Source of the DNA: Candidatus Bathyarchaeia archaeon
GTDB taxonomy: Archaea; Thermoproteota; Bathyarchaeia; Bathyarchaeales; Bathycorpusculaceae
Assembly: GCA_049521795.1 (NCBI GenBank)
Contig: JBEKOM010000004.1
Coordinates: forward strand, 59,078 to 123,077
Length of the DNA stretch: 64,000 nucleotides
Reading direction: 5' to 3'
The notes below the pieces were generated by a model that saw only the letters and a program-made list of their open reading frames with translations, searched no databases and was not told the DNA's origin. The first letter of the stretch is position 1. The number at the start of each line of letters is the position of its first letter. The position numbers and the translations under genes are program-made. Shown in pieces: positions 48,663 through 57,317 of the stretch.

Positions 48663-49553
48663 ATGAATAAGAACGGCATCCTTGCCCAATTCTTGATCCA
48701 TTGTCAAAAAACTGCCTTGTCCGAAGAAACCATCAACACCAAATACAAAGTTCTCAGAGTAATGCTCACTAATAACGTCAACCTAAACGACTCTGACCAA
48801 GTTAAGATTTTCATTCACAACCGCAAACAATGGAGTAACGGACACAAAAGCATAGCCGTATTTGCCTATGATGAATACTGCAAAATGAAAGAAATCCAAT
48901 GGACTCCGCCAGAATATCCCAAAAACGAGACTCTACCATTCGTTCCAACTGAAAAAGAAATAGACGCACTCATAAACGGAACAAGTACAAAAGTATCCAT
49001 TACACTGCAAGCACTAAAAGAAACAGCGTTCCGTATCGGCGAACTCTGGAGATGTAAATGGACAGACATCGACGAAGAAAAATCAACCCTGAAATGTAAT
49101 CAGCCCGAAAAGAAATGTGCTCCAAGGGAAGTGCGAATCTCAAGTAAATTGATCGCAAGATTCAACCTTCTACCAAAAACCAACGAGTATATATTCGGTA
49201 AAACGCGCATAAGTGCAACTCGAACAACTTTCTGCAACCAACGTAATAGCCTCGCCAGAAAACTCAACAACCCAAGACTCAAACAAATACATTTTCATAC
49301 CTTTAGACACTACCACGCCACTAGACTCTACAATGAAACAAAAAGTCTTATAGAAGTACAAGCTCGCCTTGGACATCGAAACATAAACTCAACCATGGTC
49401 CATACTCATATTGTACAATTCGATGAAGAGAGCCAAAACTATCATCATGCAATAGCTCGCAATGAAAAGGAAGCTGGCGAACTAATAGACAACGGATGGA
49501 CGTACATCTGCACAACCCCACAGAATGTAATGATGTTCCGAAAACGCAAATAG
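48663..49553 (+). CDS. tyrosine recombinase / phage-type integrase
   Basis: ETAFRIGEL (Arg I), HTFRHYHAT (H-x-x-R), LGHRNINSTMVHTH (the catalytic Tyr position appears to be replaced or offset; needs alignment), plus an N-terminal SAM-like core-binding domain. Confidence 0.85.
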   Translation: MNKNGILAQFLIHCQKTALSEETINTKYKVLRVMLTNNVNLNDSDQVKIFIHNRKQWSNGHKSIAVFAYDEYCKMKEIQWTPPEYPKNETLPFVPTEKEIDALINGTSTKVSITLQALKETAFRIGELWRCKWTDIDEEKSTLKCNQPEKKCAPREVRISSKLIARFNLLPKTNEYIFGKTRISATRTTFCNQRNSLARKLNNPRLKQIHFHTFRHYHATRLYNETKSLIEVQARLGHRNINSTMVHTHIVQFDEESQNYHHAIARNEKEAGELIDNGWTYICTTPQNVMMFRKRK

Positions 49554-49655
49554 CAACAACCTCCCCCTTTTTTATTACCAACACAAAGCGCGCAAAGCTT
49601 CTTAAATCAAACCAAACAAACGAATGAAAGAATGTGCTAAGCAAGAGACAGAGAT

Positions 49656-49982
49656 GTGCTCAAATTGAAAGCAAAGTCAGCCACAGAGAAATCTGAAAAA
49701 GAGGTCCTTTTTTTCCTAGAGCAATACTTTGGCGCAAAAGACATCGAAATAAACCCAAAAGTAGGAGACAAGAAAGCTGACTTCAAGGTCAAAAGCATTG
49801 ACGCATACATCGAAGTTCATGCACTTAAAGACATCGCGAGCGACCAAATGGATATTCTGTCACGAGAAAAGAACATCACTCATGTGAAATTGAAGAATGA
49901 TGGACAAAAGAAGATTCTAGACAGAATAGCAAACAAGCTGCTTCATGAGTGCGCTCAGCTTCCTGAGGGAAAAAAAATCTAA
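49656..49982 (+). CDS. hypothetical protein, possibly the 5' part of a frameshifted gene
   Basis: 108-aa ORF that ends just after an A8 run at 49970-49977. Confidence 0.4.
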   Translation: MLKLKAKSATEKSEKEVLFFLEQYFGAKDIEINPKVGDKKADFKVKSIDAYIEVHALKDIASDQMDILSREKNITHVKLKNDGQKKILDRIANKLLHECAQLPEGKKI

Positions 49983-50053
49983 TCGTAACGAAGACTGAGG
50001 GCCGCTTCCTTTGGCCAGAAGACGTCACTGACACTATTATTGGAGAACCTCAT

Positions 50054-50290
50054 TTGCTTATCAACAAAGAGAACATGCAAACAAGTGTCGGACGTGGAAC
50101 TACTGCTTTCAGGACTGATGAAGAACTTCAAGAAGTGTTGCGGAAGATTTCCGCTGTTCTTGCATACGAAGCGATTTGTCAGCATGGCAAATTGTTGGGA
50201 ATCTTGGGAAATAACAAGAACAATGCTGAAGTTCCTTTTGATGACGAAACCCTTGCAATTTTCAAGAACTTCCTGTGCGATAAATGCTGA
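50054..50290 (+). CDS. hypothetical protein, possibly the 3' part of a frameshifted gene
   Basis: The frame is open back to 49967, so it overlaps the A8 run in the -1 frame relative to 49656-49982. Confidence 0.35.
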   Translation: MLINKENMQTSVGRGTTAFRTDEELQEVLRKISAVLAYEAICQHGKLLGILGNNKNNAEVPFDDETLAIFKNFLCDKC

Positions 50291-50334
50291 AGAGAGAAAG
50301 CTTCATCATACAATTACAGCGCTCCAGCAATATA

Positions 50335-50377
50335 TTGGCTCGTGAGCCGTTCGGCTCACTCGCACGTTCCAGACGAT
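50335..50377 (+). repeat. 43-bp direct repeat, copy 1 (contains a 7-bp-stem hairpin)
   Basis: TTGGCTCGTGAGCCGTTCGGCTCACTCGCACGTTCCAGACGAT. It matches 42 of 43 positions of copy 2. Confidence 0.9.
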
Positions 50378-50421
50378 ACGTCACAAACAGCCGAGCGCGC
50401 GCTAGAAAAAACTCTTTTATA

Positions 50422-50883
50422 ATGAGATACCACTTTAGTCCATGGAAGTTGTCCACCGAGAAGGGTAATCCTCTATTCGGAGCATGGAGGCTGAAATCGC
50501 TTGAAACAAAGGCATCTGACGGATCTGTCTCCTATCCGTGGGGGAAAGAAACTTTTGGCTACGTCGTCATCAGCCCAGAAGGCTACTTTTGCGTCGCAAT
50601 AATGAGCGCTAATCGCAGAAGATTCTCCTCACAAGATATGAAGGGAGGTAGCGCGGAAGAAAGAGCGAACGCTGCAGATTCATACATATCGTACTCCGGA
50701 CCGTGTGAAATCGAGAAAGACAAGTTTCGAGTAAAGGTAGAAGTCAGCCTGTTCCCCAATTGGGTAGGCGGAATCCAAGAACGCAACTACAAGATCGAGG
50801 GAAAAACGCTCTCTGTATCGACTACTCCAACTCTTGTAAACGGAAAAGAACAGGTAGGCTACTTGATTTTCGAACGCGTCTGA
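50422..50883 (+). CDS. lipocalin-like domain protein
   Basis: LFGAWRLKSLE....G.....PWG....GYVVISPEGYF ... and a YSG ... F.V.V pattern typical of the bacterial lipocalin_5-type domain. The ATG is at 50422. Confidence 0.6.
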   Translation: MRYHFSPWKLSTEKGNPLFGAWRLKSLETKASDGSVSYPWGKETFGYVVISPEGYFCVAIMSANRRRFSSQDMKGGSAEERANAADSYISYSGPCEIEKDKFRVKVEVSLFPNWVGGIQERNYKIEGKTLSVSTTPTLVNGKEQVGYLIFERV

Positions 50884-51014
50884 AACTGATCGCGCGCGCA
50901 AGATCAAGCCGAAGTTTTGAAGCCCCAAGATCCAAAACCTGTAAGCCGAGCCTCTTCTAGACTTCGAAAATTATTAAAGCACTATTACGCATATCATATC
51001 TTCTGGGAACATAA

Positions 51015-51107
51015 ATGCCGAAAAAAGACAAACCGTTAACTAAGAAAGAGCGAGACGAGAAAAGGAAGAAACATAAGGAAAAGCAAAGCAAAACACAGGC
51101 TTCTTAA
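51015..51107 (+). CDS. candidate 30-aa Lys/Arg/Glu-rich micro-protein
   Basis: MPKKDKPLTKKERDEKRKKHKEKQSKTQAS. A paralogue lies at 61063-61125(-), and the two differ mostly at synonymous sites. Confidence 0.35.
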   Translation: MPKKDKPLTKKERDEKRKKHKEKQSKTQAS

Positions 51108-51278
51108 GCCCCAAGAAAGAGCTTTGCAAAACTCTTTTTCTCTTTTTTCCATAAAGTTGGCTTCTTTAATGAAATGAAAGAAAGACGCGTCAGCTTTGGA
51201 TATTATTGGCTTCCTCCATTAATGCGAAAGAAATATGTTTTAGTTTGTTTATTTATCGTTAATTTGTAGCTGAGATTC

Positions 51279-51407
51279 ATGCCGAGTGTAATGAAACGTA
51301 AACAAAAGAATACTCAAATCGCACAACAGAAAAAGAAAGAACGAGATAAAGAAGCGAAAAAGAAACAGTTGAGACAGCAACTTCCTGCCAAGGGCAAGAA
51401 ACGTTAA
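51279..51407 (+). CDS. candidate 42-aa lysine-rich micro-protein
   Basis: MPSVMKRKQKNTQIAQQKKKERDKEAKKKQLRQQLPAKGKKR. The call rests on composition only. Confidence 0.25.
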   Translation: MPSVMKRKQKNTQIAQQKKKERDKEAKKKQLRQQLPAKGKKR

Positions 51408-51433
51408 AGCCACTAAAGGAGCGCGCGCTCATC

Positions 51434-51476
51434 TTGGATCGTGAGCCGTTCGGCTCACTCGCACGTTCCAGACGAT
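51434..51476 (+). repeat. 43-bp direct repeat, copy 2
   Basis: TTGGATCGTGAGCCGTTCGGCTCACTCGCACGTTCCAGACGAT, 1099 bp downstream of copy 1. Confidence 0.9.
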
Positions 51477-51962
51477 GAGTCAAAGCCAAACCAACCGCAC
51501 AATAAGCATTTCCGCCTGTCGCGCTCGCATCACGCTCGCGCTCCCACCCACAAAAACTCAAAACAATAACTAGCAGACGCTTATCAGGTAAGGATAAGAC
51601 TTTGCCCTCAGACTGTGCAGTTTTCTCGTCCCCCCTGTTTTTTTCAGTAACGTTTTTGGTAATGTTGTGTGGTAACAAGTCTTGAAGAAGCGGACAGGCG
51701 TGGGGAACAAGACTTCAGCTCTACACCGTAACGAACCAGCACTACTATCCTAATAGCGTTTTTTTCCTAAGCATTCCATTCTAGATCTCTTCATGGTTTT
51801 CTTGGCTGTACTCTCTATTGTCCGCTTCCACCCTGACGCTAAGGGGTCCGATTCTTGCAAGTGGCGGTAGGATATGAGACAGCAATTGCTCTGCACTTAG
51901 TGGGCGAAGTGTACCATTCAGACTGATCTGCGTCCAATCAGTCTTTTCTTTGCGATATTTCT

Positions 51963-52367
51963 GTGTCCAGCCGTGTTTGGTCGTGCGCGCGTGCTATGGT
52001 TCAGATTCCGAGAATGAGACATGGAAGCAAACAGACAATTGAAACATTGATTAATGAAGAGGCTTACTTGTTTGCGAAGTTTCTGAGATGTGAACGAGAA
52101 ACATGGGTTCCAAGAATAGTGAGCCTTCAAGGAAACATGGCTACTATCAGCACAAACCTCGGAACGTTGACAGGCACTGTTACCAGCATAAACAGCACGG
52201 TCGCTACGATCCAAACAAGCCTCGGAACTCTTGAAGTCACTGATCAAGGAGTCAAAAGCTCGTCGGACACAACAGGAAACTACTCCTTAGCCGCATCAGC
52301 CCTTTCAATCATCAGCATAATAATTCTGCTTGCCGTCGCAATTCAAGTGTTCAGAAAACATAAGTAA
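51963..52367 (+). CDS. hypothetical protein with a C-terminal TM anchor
   Basis: Repeated I.T.LGTL motif, then a TM helix. The start is uncertain; an internal Met (MATIST) is possible. Confidence 0.4.
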   Translation: MSSRVWSCARAMVQIPRMRHGSKQTIETLINEEAYLFAKFLRCERETWVPRIVSLQGNMATISTNLGTLTGTVTSINSTVATIQTSLGTLEVTDQGVKSSSDTTGNYSLAASALSIISIIILLAVAIQVFRKHK

Positions 52368-52592
52368 ACCCAAAATTACCTAGTTTTCTTCTATCGTTCT
52401 TTCTTCTCCACAATCATGCGCATGCGCGCGAGCCCAATCCCATGACTAATGGATTTGACTTTTGCAGATTTGATAGAAGTGTGTCGATACGACAGTGCGA
52501 AAACAGAGAGGACTGAGTTAAAGTGGTTCTCGAGCATCTATGTTTCTTGTTCTCTCCAAACGCCCGCGCCCACATTTCAGGTTGTCTGGTTT

Positions 52593-53447
52593 CTATGTCT
52601 TGCCTTTTGCAACGAAGATTGCAAGATGTGCAAGACGATGACGCTTGACCTTGCGGAAGTAACGGGATAACAAAGATTCAGCAAATGCGTAGTCAAGTTT
52701 GGTCTTATCCTCTTCCAAGACTTCGTGTTCCACTTTCTCAACAAATTCCCCCATCGTTAAGGGGTAATTGTCCTTGTTCGGATGAGAATAAGGAACGATG
52801 AACGCGAGACTTCCGTCCTTCTTCAAAACACGGTGTAACTCTTTCAGGGCGCGGTGGACATTTTCGGGTTCGCCATGCACTCTCACGGCATCAACAAAGT
52901 TATCCTTTAGGGATATGTTTTCAACAGGGGTATCAAGAACAATGAGGTTTGCGCATTCGATGCTCAGCTTCACGGACTTGGGCTTGACCAAGTAGATTTT
53001 TCCATCCTCAACCACGTTGCCTAAGGATGATATCATCCAATCATAGAAGACTTTAGGTGCAACCACCAAGATTGTGTCGCCTCTGCCAACTTGCGAATCG
53101 AGCAATCGTTGCAGTTTTCGAATAGCACTCTTCTCAGGAGGAAGTTTCGACAAATACTGCATGTACTTGACATGAATAGTTTTGACTGCTTCCTTCAGCT
53201 CTTGACCCAGTTGATTCGTACCTTTCTTGCCGAGCCTGTACACCTTCCTTTCAGGCCCAAGGGCGCTTTTCATTCGGGTAGCCTCCAGATAGCCCTCTGT
53301 CTCCATCTCAGTGAGCACTCTATAGAGGTAGCTGATATTCGGCCTGAAGTCTCTCGCTGCCAATTGTTTTTGGACCTCATAGCCGTGCATTTCTGCGGTG
53401 CCAAGCATCTCTACAATCGTCTTCTTCAGATAGTCTTTGTGCATCAA
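52593..53447 (-). CDS. PadR-type winged-helix regulator fused to a methyltransferase-like domain
   Basis: N terminus: HGYEVQKQL......ISYLYRVLTEMETEGYLE....KS..GPERKVYRLGKKG. C terminus: ILVVAP ... FVDAVRVHG ... LKELHRVLKKDGSLAFIVP. Confidence 0.7.
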   Translation of the reverse strand: MMHKDYLKKTIVEMLGTAEMHGYEVQKQLAARDFRPNISYLYRVLTEMETEGYLEATRMKSALGPERKVYRLGKKGTNQLGQELKEAVKTIHVKYMQYLSKLPPEKSAIRKLQRLLDSQVGRGDTILVVAPKVFYDWMISSLGNVVEDGKIYLVKPKSVKLSIECANLIVLDTPVENISLKDNFVDAVRVHGEPENVHRALKELHRVLKKDGSLAFIVPYSHPNKDNYPLTMGEFVEKVEHEVLEEDKTKLDYAFAESLLSRYFRKVKRHRLAHLAIFVAKGKT

Positions 53448-53488
53448 ACAAACCAGCTATTCGAAAATCAGTACTATAGTGACATCAT

Positions 53489-53512
53489 CTTAGGCATTTA
53501 TAGGTTCCTAAG
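53489..53512. promoter_or_regulatory. inverted repeat bracketing a TATA-like box upstream of the PadR-fusion gene
   Basis: CTTAGG-catttataggtt-CCTAAG. On the minus strand the centre reads CCTATAAATG, about 50 nt upstream of the start at 53447. Confidence 0.35.
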
Positions 53513-53708
53513 CCCCTCATGTTTCAAGCCGGAACACAAAACAGAATAACGTGAAAAAATGAGAAAAACGAAATCATTATTGCCGATAATCTCAGGTATT
53601 CATTTGCCATCCATATTCTTAGCTGCACCTAGCTTTGCCTGCAACACAACGGGCTTAAGTGGTGCGTTCGCGTGTGCCTCGCAATCATAGCACGGGGGAG
53701 AAAAGCCT

Positions 53709-54284
53709 GTGACACAGCCTCAAAGCACAAGGGCTTCAACCAGCAAAGTTGGCGGGATCATGGGACCGAGCTCCATTCTGACTTTGGCTGTCCCCGTGGT
53801 CGCACTGATCGTGGCGCTGTTGAGCAGAAGCCTTCTTCTCCTGACTTATGTTCACGTACTCACCGGCGGAACTTGGACTGGCATAGACCTGTTTATGGGA
53901 CTGGTCATGAGCAGAGTGCTGGGCAGTCTCTCCACTCAAAGCCGCGTTGAGGTCATAAAAAAACTCGTGCCGATCATGTTGTTCTTCATGCCTGCGCTGG
54001 CTTCGGTAGCCATAACTGCCGGCGTTTACCTAGCAATCAGTCTGGGTTGGAGTTTCTTCTCCACTCCAATAATTGCGGCATTTATCATCGTGATCATTCT
54101 ATCGGTCCAAGGCTTTGGTCTGATACTGCCAAACGAGGTTCGCGTCTTTCTCGAGCTCAGGAAGCCAAACCCAGACACAGAGAAGATTGTGAAACTTGGC
54201 ATGAGAAACTTCTACTTCGCTGGCAGCCAGACGGTATTCCAGATCGCAATCATATTTGTGATGGCCTATATGGGCACCATATGA
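53709..54284 (+). CDS. integral membrane protein
   Basis: 191 aa with about 5 TM helices. No family recognised. Confidence 0.55.
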   Translation: MTQPQSTRASTSKVGGIMGPSSILTLAVPVVALIVALLSRSLLLLTYVHVLTGGTWTGIDLFMGLVMSRVLGSLSTQSRVEVIKKLVPIMLFFMPALASVAITAGVYLAISLGWSFFSTPIIAAFIIVIILSVQGFGLILPNEVRVFLELRKPNPDTEKIVKLGMRNFYFAGSQTVFQIAIIFVMAYMGTI

Positions 54285-54411
54285 TGAAAAAAACGTTTGG
54301 ACCTGTACCCGTTTGGTCTTAAGAGTAAAGTCTTGTCCCAAACCCAAACGACTAAGCGCGTGCTACTGAACGACCGTCAATAATACTCTTAGAAAAAGAC
54401 GCGCTAGAAAA

Positions 54412-54897
54412 TTATGTAGCTTTGCCTTCTTTACAATAGTAGCTCATTGGTTTACCTTTCATTAGATTGAAGTCCTTGAAGACTTGGCATCCGCTGCAAA
54501 TGCACATCTTGTTGAAATCAAGGTCTTTACAAACTGCAACGCCGTTAGCGCAGTATGGTCCAGGCATATCTTCCGCTTTAGGCATCATCAAAGCAATCTG
54601 TTCCTTTGGCGTGTTCCGCATCATTTCATCGCTCATGTTCTTCATCTGTTCCCTGGACATGCTCCTCATCGTTTCAGGACTCATGTTTTTCATCATTTCC
54701 AAGTTCTGCATCATTCCAGGGGTCATGATCTTCGATATTTCAGGGCTCGGGTTCTTCATCATCTCATCCTTCGCTATTATTTTAGGTTTGGCACACGCAC
54801 TAATAGCCTGGACTGGACACATTGCGCACTTGCATTTCATTATCACATCATAAGTCAATAGAACCTTAGGTCCTGCCTTATGCCCAAAAAGATTCAA
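54412..54897 (-). CDS. Cys-rich protein (DUF2769-like) with a Met-rich repeat insert
   Basis: CKCAMCPVQ ... YCANGVAVC...CICSGCQVF...YYCKEGKA. The central MMKN[PM]SPE repeats contain many Met residues. Confidence 0.6.
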   Translation of the reverse strand: MNLFGHKAGPKVLLTYDVIMKCKCAMCPVQAISACAKPKIIAKDEMMKNPSPEISKIMTPGMMQNLEMMKNMSPETMRSMSREQMKNMSDEMMRNTPKEQIALMMPKAEDMPGPYCANGVAVCKDLDFNKMCICSGCQVFKDFNLMKGKPMSYYCKEGKAT

Positions 54898-55357
54898 AAA
54901 AATCCACCTCCAACCTAATCGCCTTAGAACAAGATGCTAGATTAAGCTTTGCTCTCATATTAACCATCGCAAACTAACCGATACGCGCACTTCCTTCTTC
55001 AGGGTATGGTTTGCAGGAGTGTGCCATTTGAAGGGGAAGTAGAACATCAGATTTATCAGTGGTACTCAAAAGACATCAAGGTTAAGCACGCGGGGTATCT
55101 ATCCGTGTCTGTTTTTTGCGTTTGTCCGTGTGTGTTTGTGTGTGCGAGTGTTTGTAGAAAGAGGGCTAGTAGGAGAGAGAGAAAGATAAGACTTTACCCC
55201 CAAAACCAAAGGTATGCGGCGAAAAGTGTTTTTTCGGTTAATGGTTTGAACACGCAACCTCTGTTCGTTAACGATTACGAGGGTGTTCTTTCTGTTAAAA
55301 AAATCTTCAAACCTTAAATACAAAATAGGAAATACTGGTCATCTGAGAAGATTTGGG

Positions 55358-55732
55358 ATGTCACAAAAGAGGTATTGCCAATATTGCGGAGTAGAAATAT
55401 CCCCAACGACCACACAATGCCCTTCATGCGGTGCGGTACAACAGGCCCCTGCTCAATCACAACAGCAGCCTTACGTAGCGCTTCAACCTCAACCGCCGCC
55501 TCCGCCGGTAGCAGCTAACAAATCAACAGGAAATATTCTGGCGGCGGCAAGCATCATCCTTGGGATTGTGGGCATATTCGTCGCCGGGGTCATACTCGGA
55601 ATAGCCGCGATAATCGTTGGCGCCGCTGCAATATCGAAAAAGGCAAAAGTCGGCGGTGCAGTTGGAATAATACTGGGCTTTATTGCGTTTGTCGCTACGC
55701 TGTTGCTGATATTAGGAGTAATCACCGTATAG
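55358..55732 (+). CDS. zinc-ribbon membrane protein
   Basis: YCQYCG...CPSCG, a Gln/Pro-rich linker, and two Gly/Ala-rich TM helices. Confidence 0.6.
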   Translation: MSQKRYCQYCGVEISPTTTQCPSCGAVQQAPAQSQQQPYVALQPQPPPPPVAANKSTGNILAAASIILGIVGIFVAGVILGIAAIIVGAAAISKKAKVGGAVGIILGFIAFVATLLLILGVITV

Positions 55733-55831
55733 ACGGTTCTTCGCTGCCTGATTATCTACAAAAAGAACGCGCGCGAAGATTACTCTATCCTCGTAAGGAA
55801 ATAGATTTAGGAAATAGTCGGTCTATCGATT

Positions 55832-56416
55832 ATGAAAACTACTGGATTTTTCTGGGGTAGATTTAATCCTCCGCATAAAGGCCACGTTGAGATTATTAGA
55901 AGAATTCTAAGACAAGTGGATGATTTGATCGTGGTCATAGGAGCTTCCCAAAACAAGAATACTAAAAGCAATCCGTTCAGCGGGGAAGAGAGAAAGCAAA
56001 TGCTGGAGGCATACTTGAAAGAAGAGGAGCTAGATGAGAAGGTAAAAATAATTCCACTTCCAGACAGTGAAGTGTCGATACAAGATGCAGTAAGATATGT
56101 TCTCAACAACACTCCGAAATTTGATGTCTCTTTTTCTACGCATGAAATAGAAGAACAGTTGACTCCGATAAAAATAGAAGTTGAAAAAACACTAGAACAA
56201 GAATTGAATAAGAGAAAAATCAAAATTGTCAAGTTTAGAAGAATGGGAACACTATCTTCTTCGAAGATCAGAGAAGCCATAGCTTATGATAAAAAATGGG
56301 AGTATATGACAGGTAAGTCTGTGGTGAGAATAATCAAAGAACTAAATGGAATAGAAAGAATAAAGAAAGCGCATAACAGTAGTTACACACAATCGAAGAG
56401 AAAGAGAAAAGGATAA
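55832..56416 (+). CDS. nicotinamide-nucleotide adenylyltransferase (archaeal NMNAT)
   Basis: GRFNPPHKGHVEII (the H-x-G-H motif) and the late SSSKIRE motif. Confidence 0.85.
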   Translation: MKTTGFFWGRFNPPHKGHVEIIRRILRQVDDLIVVIGASQNKNTKSNPFSGEERKQMLEAYLKEEELDEKVKIIPLPDSEVSIQDAVRYVLNNTPKFDVSFSTHEIEEQLTPIKIEVEKTLEQELNKRKIKIVKFRRMGTLSSSKIREAIAYDKKWEYMTGKSVVRIIKELNGIERIKKAHNSSYTQSKRKRKG

Positions 56417-56513
56417 GCGCGCTTCACAAACCTATGGTTATTCGTCCTCGGGCGCCTTGTATTAGGGTAAGGTTAATTTTTGCCTTCGCAGTAGTTTGAA
56501 AGGGGCGATCCGA

Positions 56514-57134
56514 GTGTTTGAGTTTGCTGGTCTGAGGTTCAGGCCTTTGGAGAAGGAAGATCTGAAGCTGCTGCACGTTTGGGAGAACGATTCTGAGCTG
56601 ATGATGTACAGTAGAAGTCAACCGTTGAACATGGCCTCGATGGCTCAGCTGGAGGAAAGATTTGCCGAATGGATGAAGAATGAGAAGAACCTCTTTTTCA
56701 TCGTGGAGGCCATCGATTCAAACGAGCCTATAGGTTTCGCCAGCATTCGCAGGGAAGTTTGGGGCAACGTTCCAGGAGCGGACGTTGGCACCTACATAGG
56801 AAAGAAGGAACTGTGGGAGAAGGGCCATGGAAAGAAAATAACCGTCGCATTGCTAGAAATGTCCTTCATGCACCTTGGCCTTGAGCACTGCCAAGCGTGG
56901 AGCGTAGAGTACAACACGCGGGCCCACAGAGCGCTCGAATCTTGCGGCTTCAAGAAAGGCGGAGCTGTGCGGAACACGGTCTACGTGGCAGGCAAGAAAT
57001 GGGGGTCCTTCCATTTTGACATACTTCAAGAAGAATACATGCGCGTGCGATCGGACCTGCTGACGAGGGTTCTCGGAGACGAAGTGGACAACTATTTGAA
57101 GAAGATGGGACCGAACCTTAAGCCTGCCAAGTGA
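56514..57134 (+). CDS. GNAT N-acetyltransferase (RimJ/RimL-like)
   Basis: LRFRPLEKEDL...W and the GKKI...L....F acetyl-CoA region. GTG start at 56514. Confidence 0.8.
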   Translation: MFEFAGLRFRPLEKEDLKLLHVWENDSELMMYSRSQPLNMASMAQLEERFAEWMKNEKNLFFIVEAIDSNEPIGFASIRREVWGNVPGADVGTYIGKKELWEKGHGKKITVALLEMSFMHLGLEHCQAWSVEYNTRAHRALESCGFKKGGAVRNTVYVAGKKWGSFHFDILQEEYMRVRSDLLTRVLGDEVDNYLKKMGPNLKPAK

Positions 57135-57317
57135 AGAAGTGACTGCTAAGAAACAGGAGGCTTATCTTCTGTGACGGCACGCGCGGTCCAGAATCGAAGA
57201 ACAGCGCTTGCGCAGGCTGTGAAACGTTAGAAGTCCATTATCCCCGCTCCTGATTCAGAGTTCACAAGGCTAATTTCTCCAGAAGATGAAAAGTTAGCGC
57301 ATAATAGGTAGTTGCAT

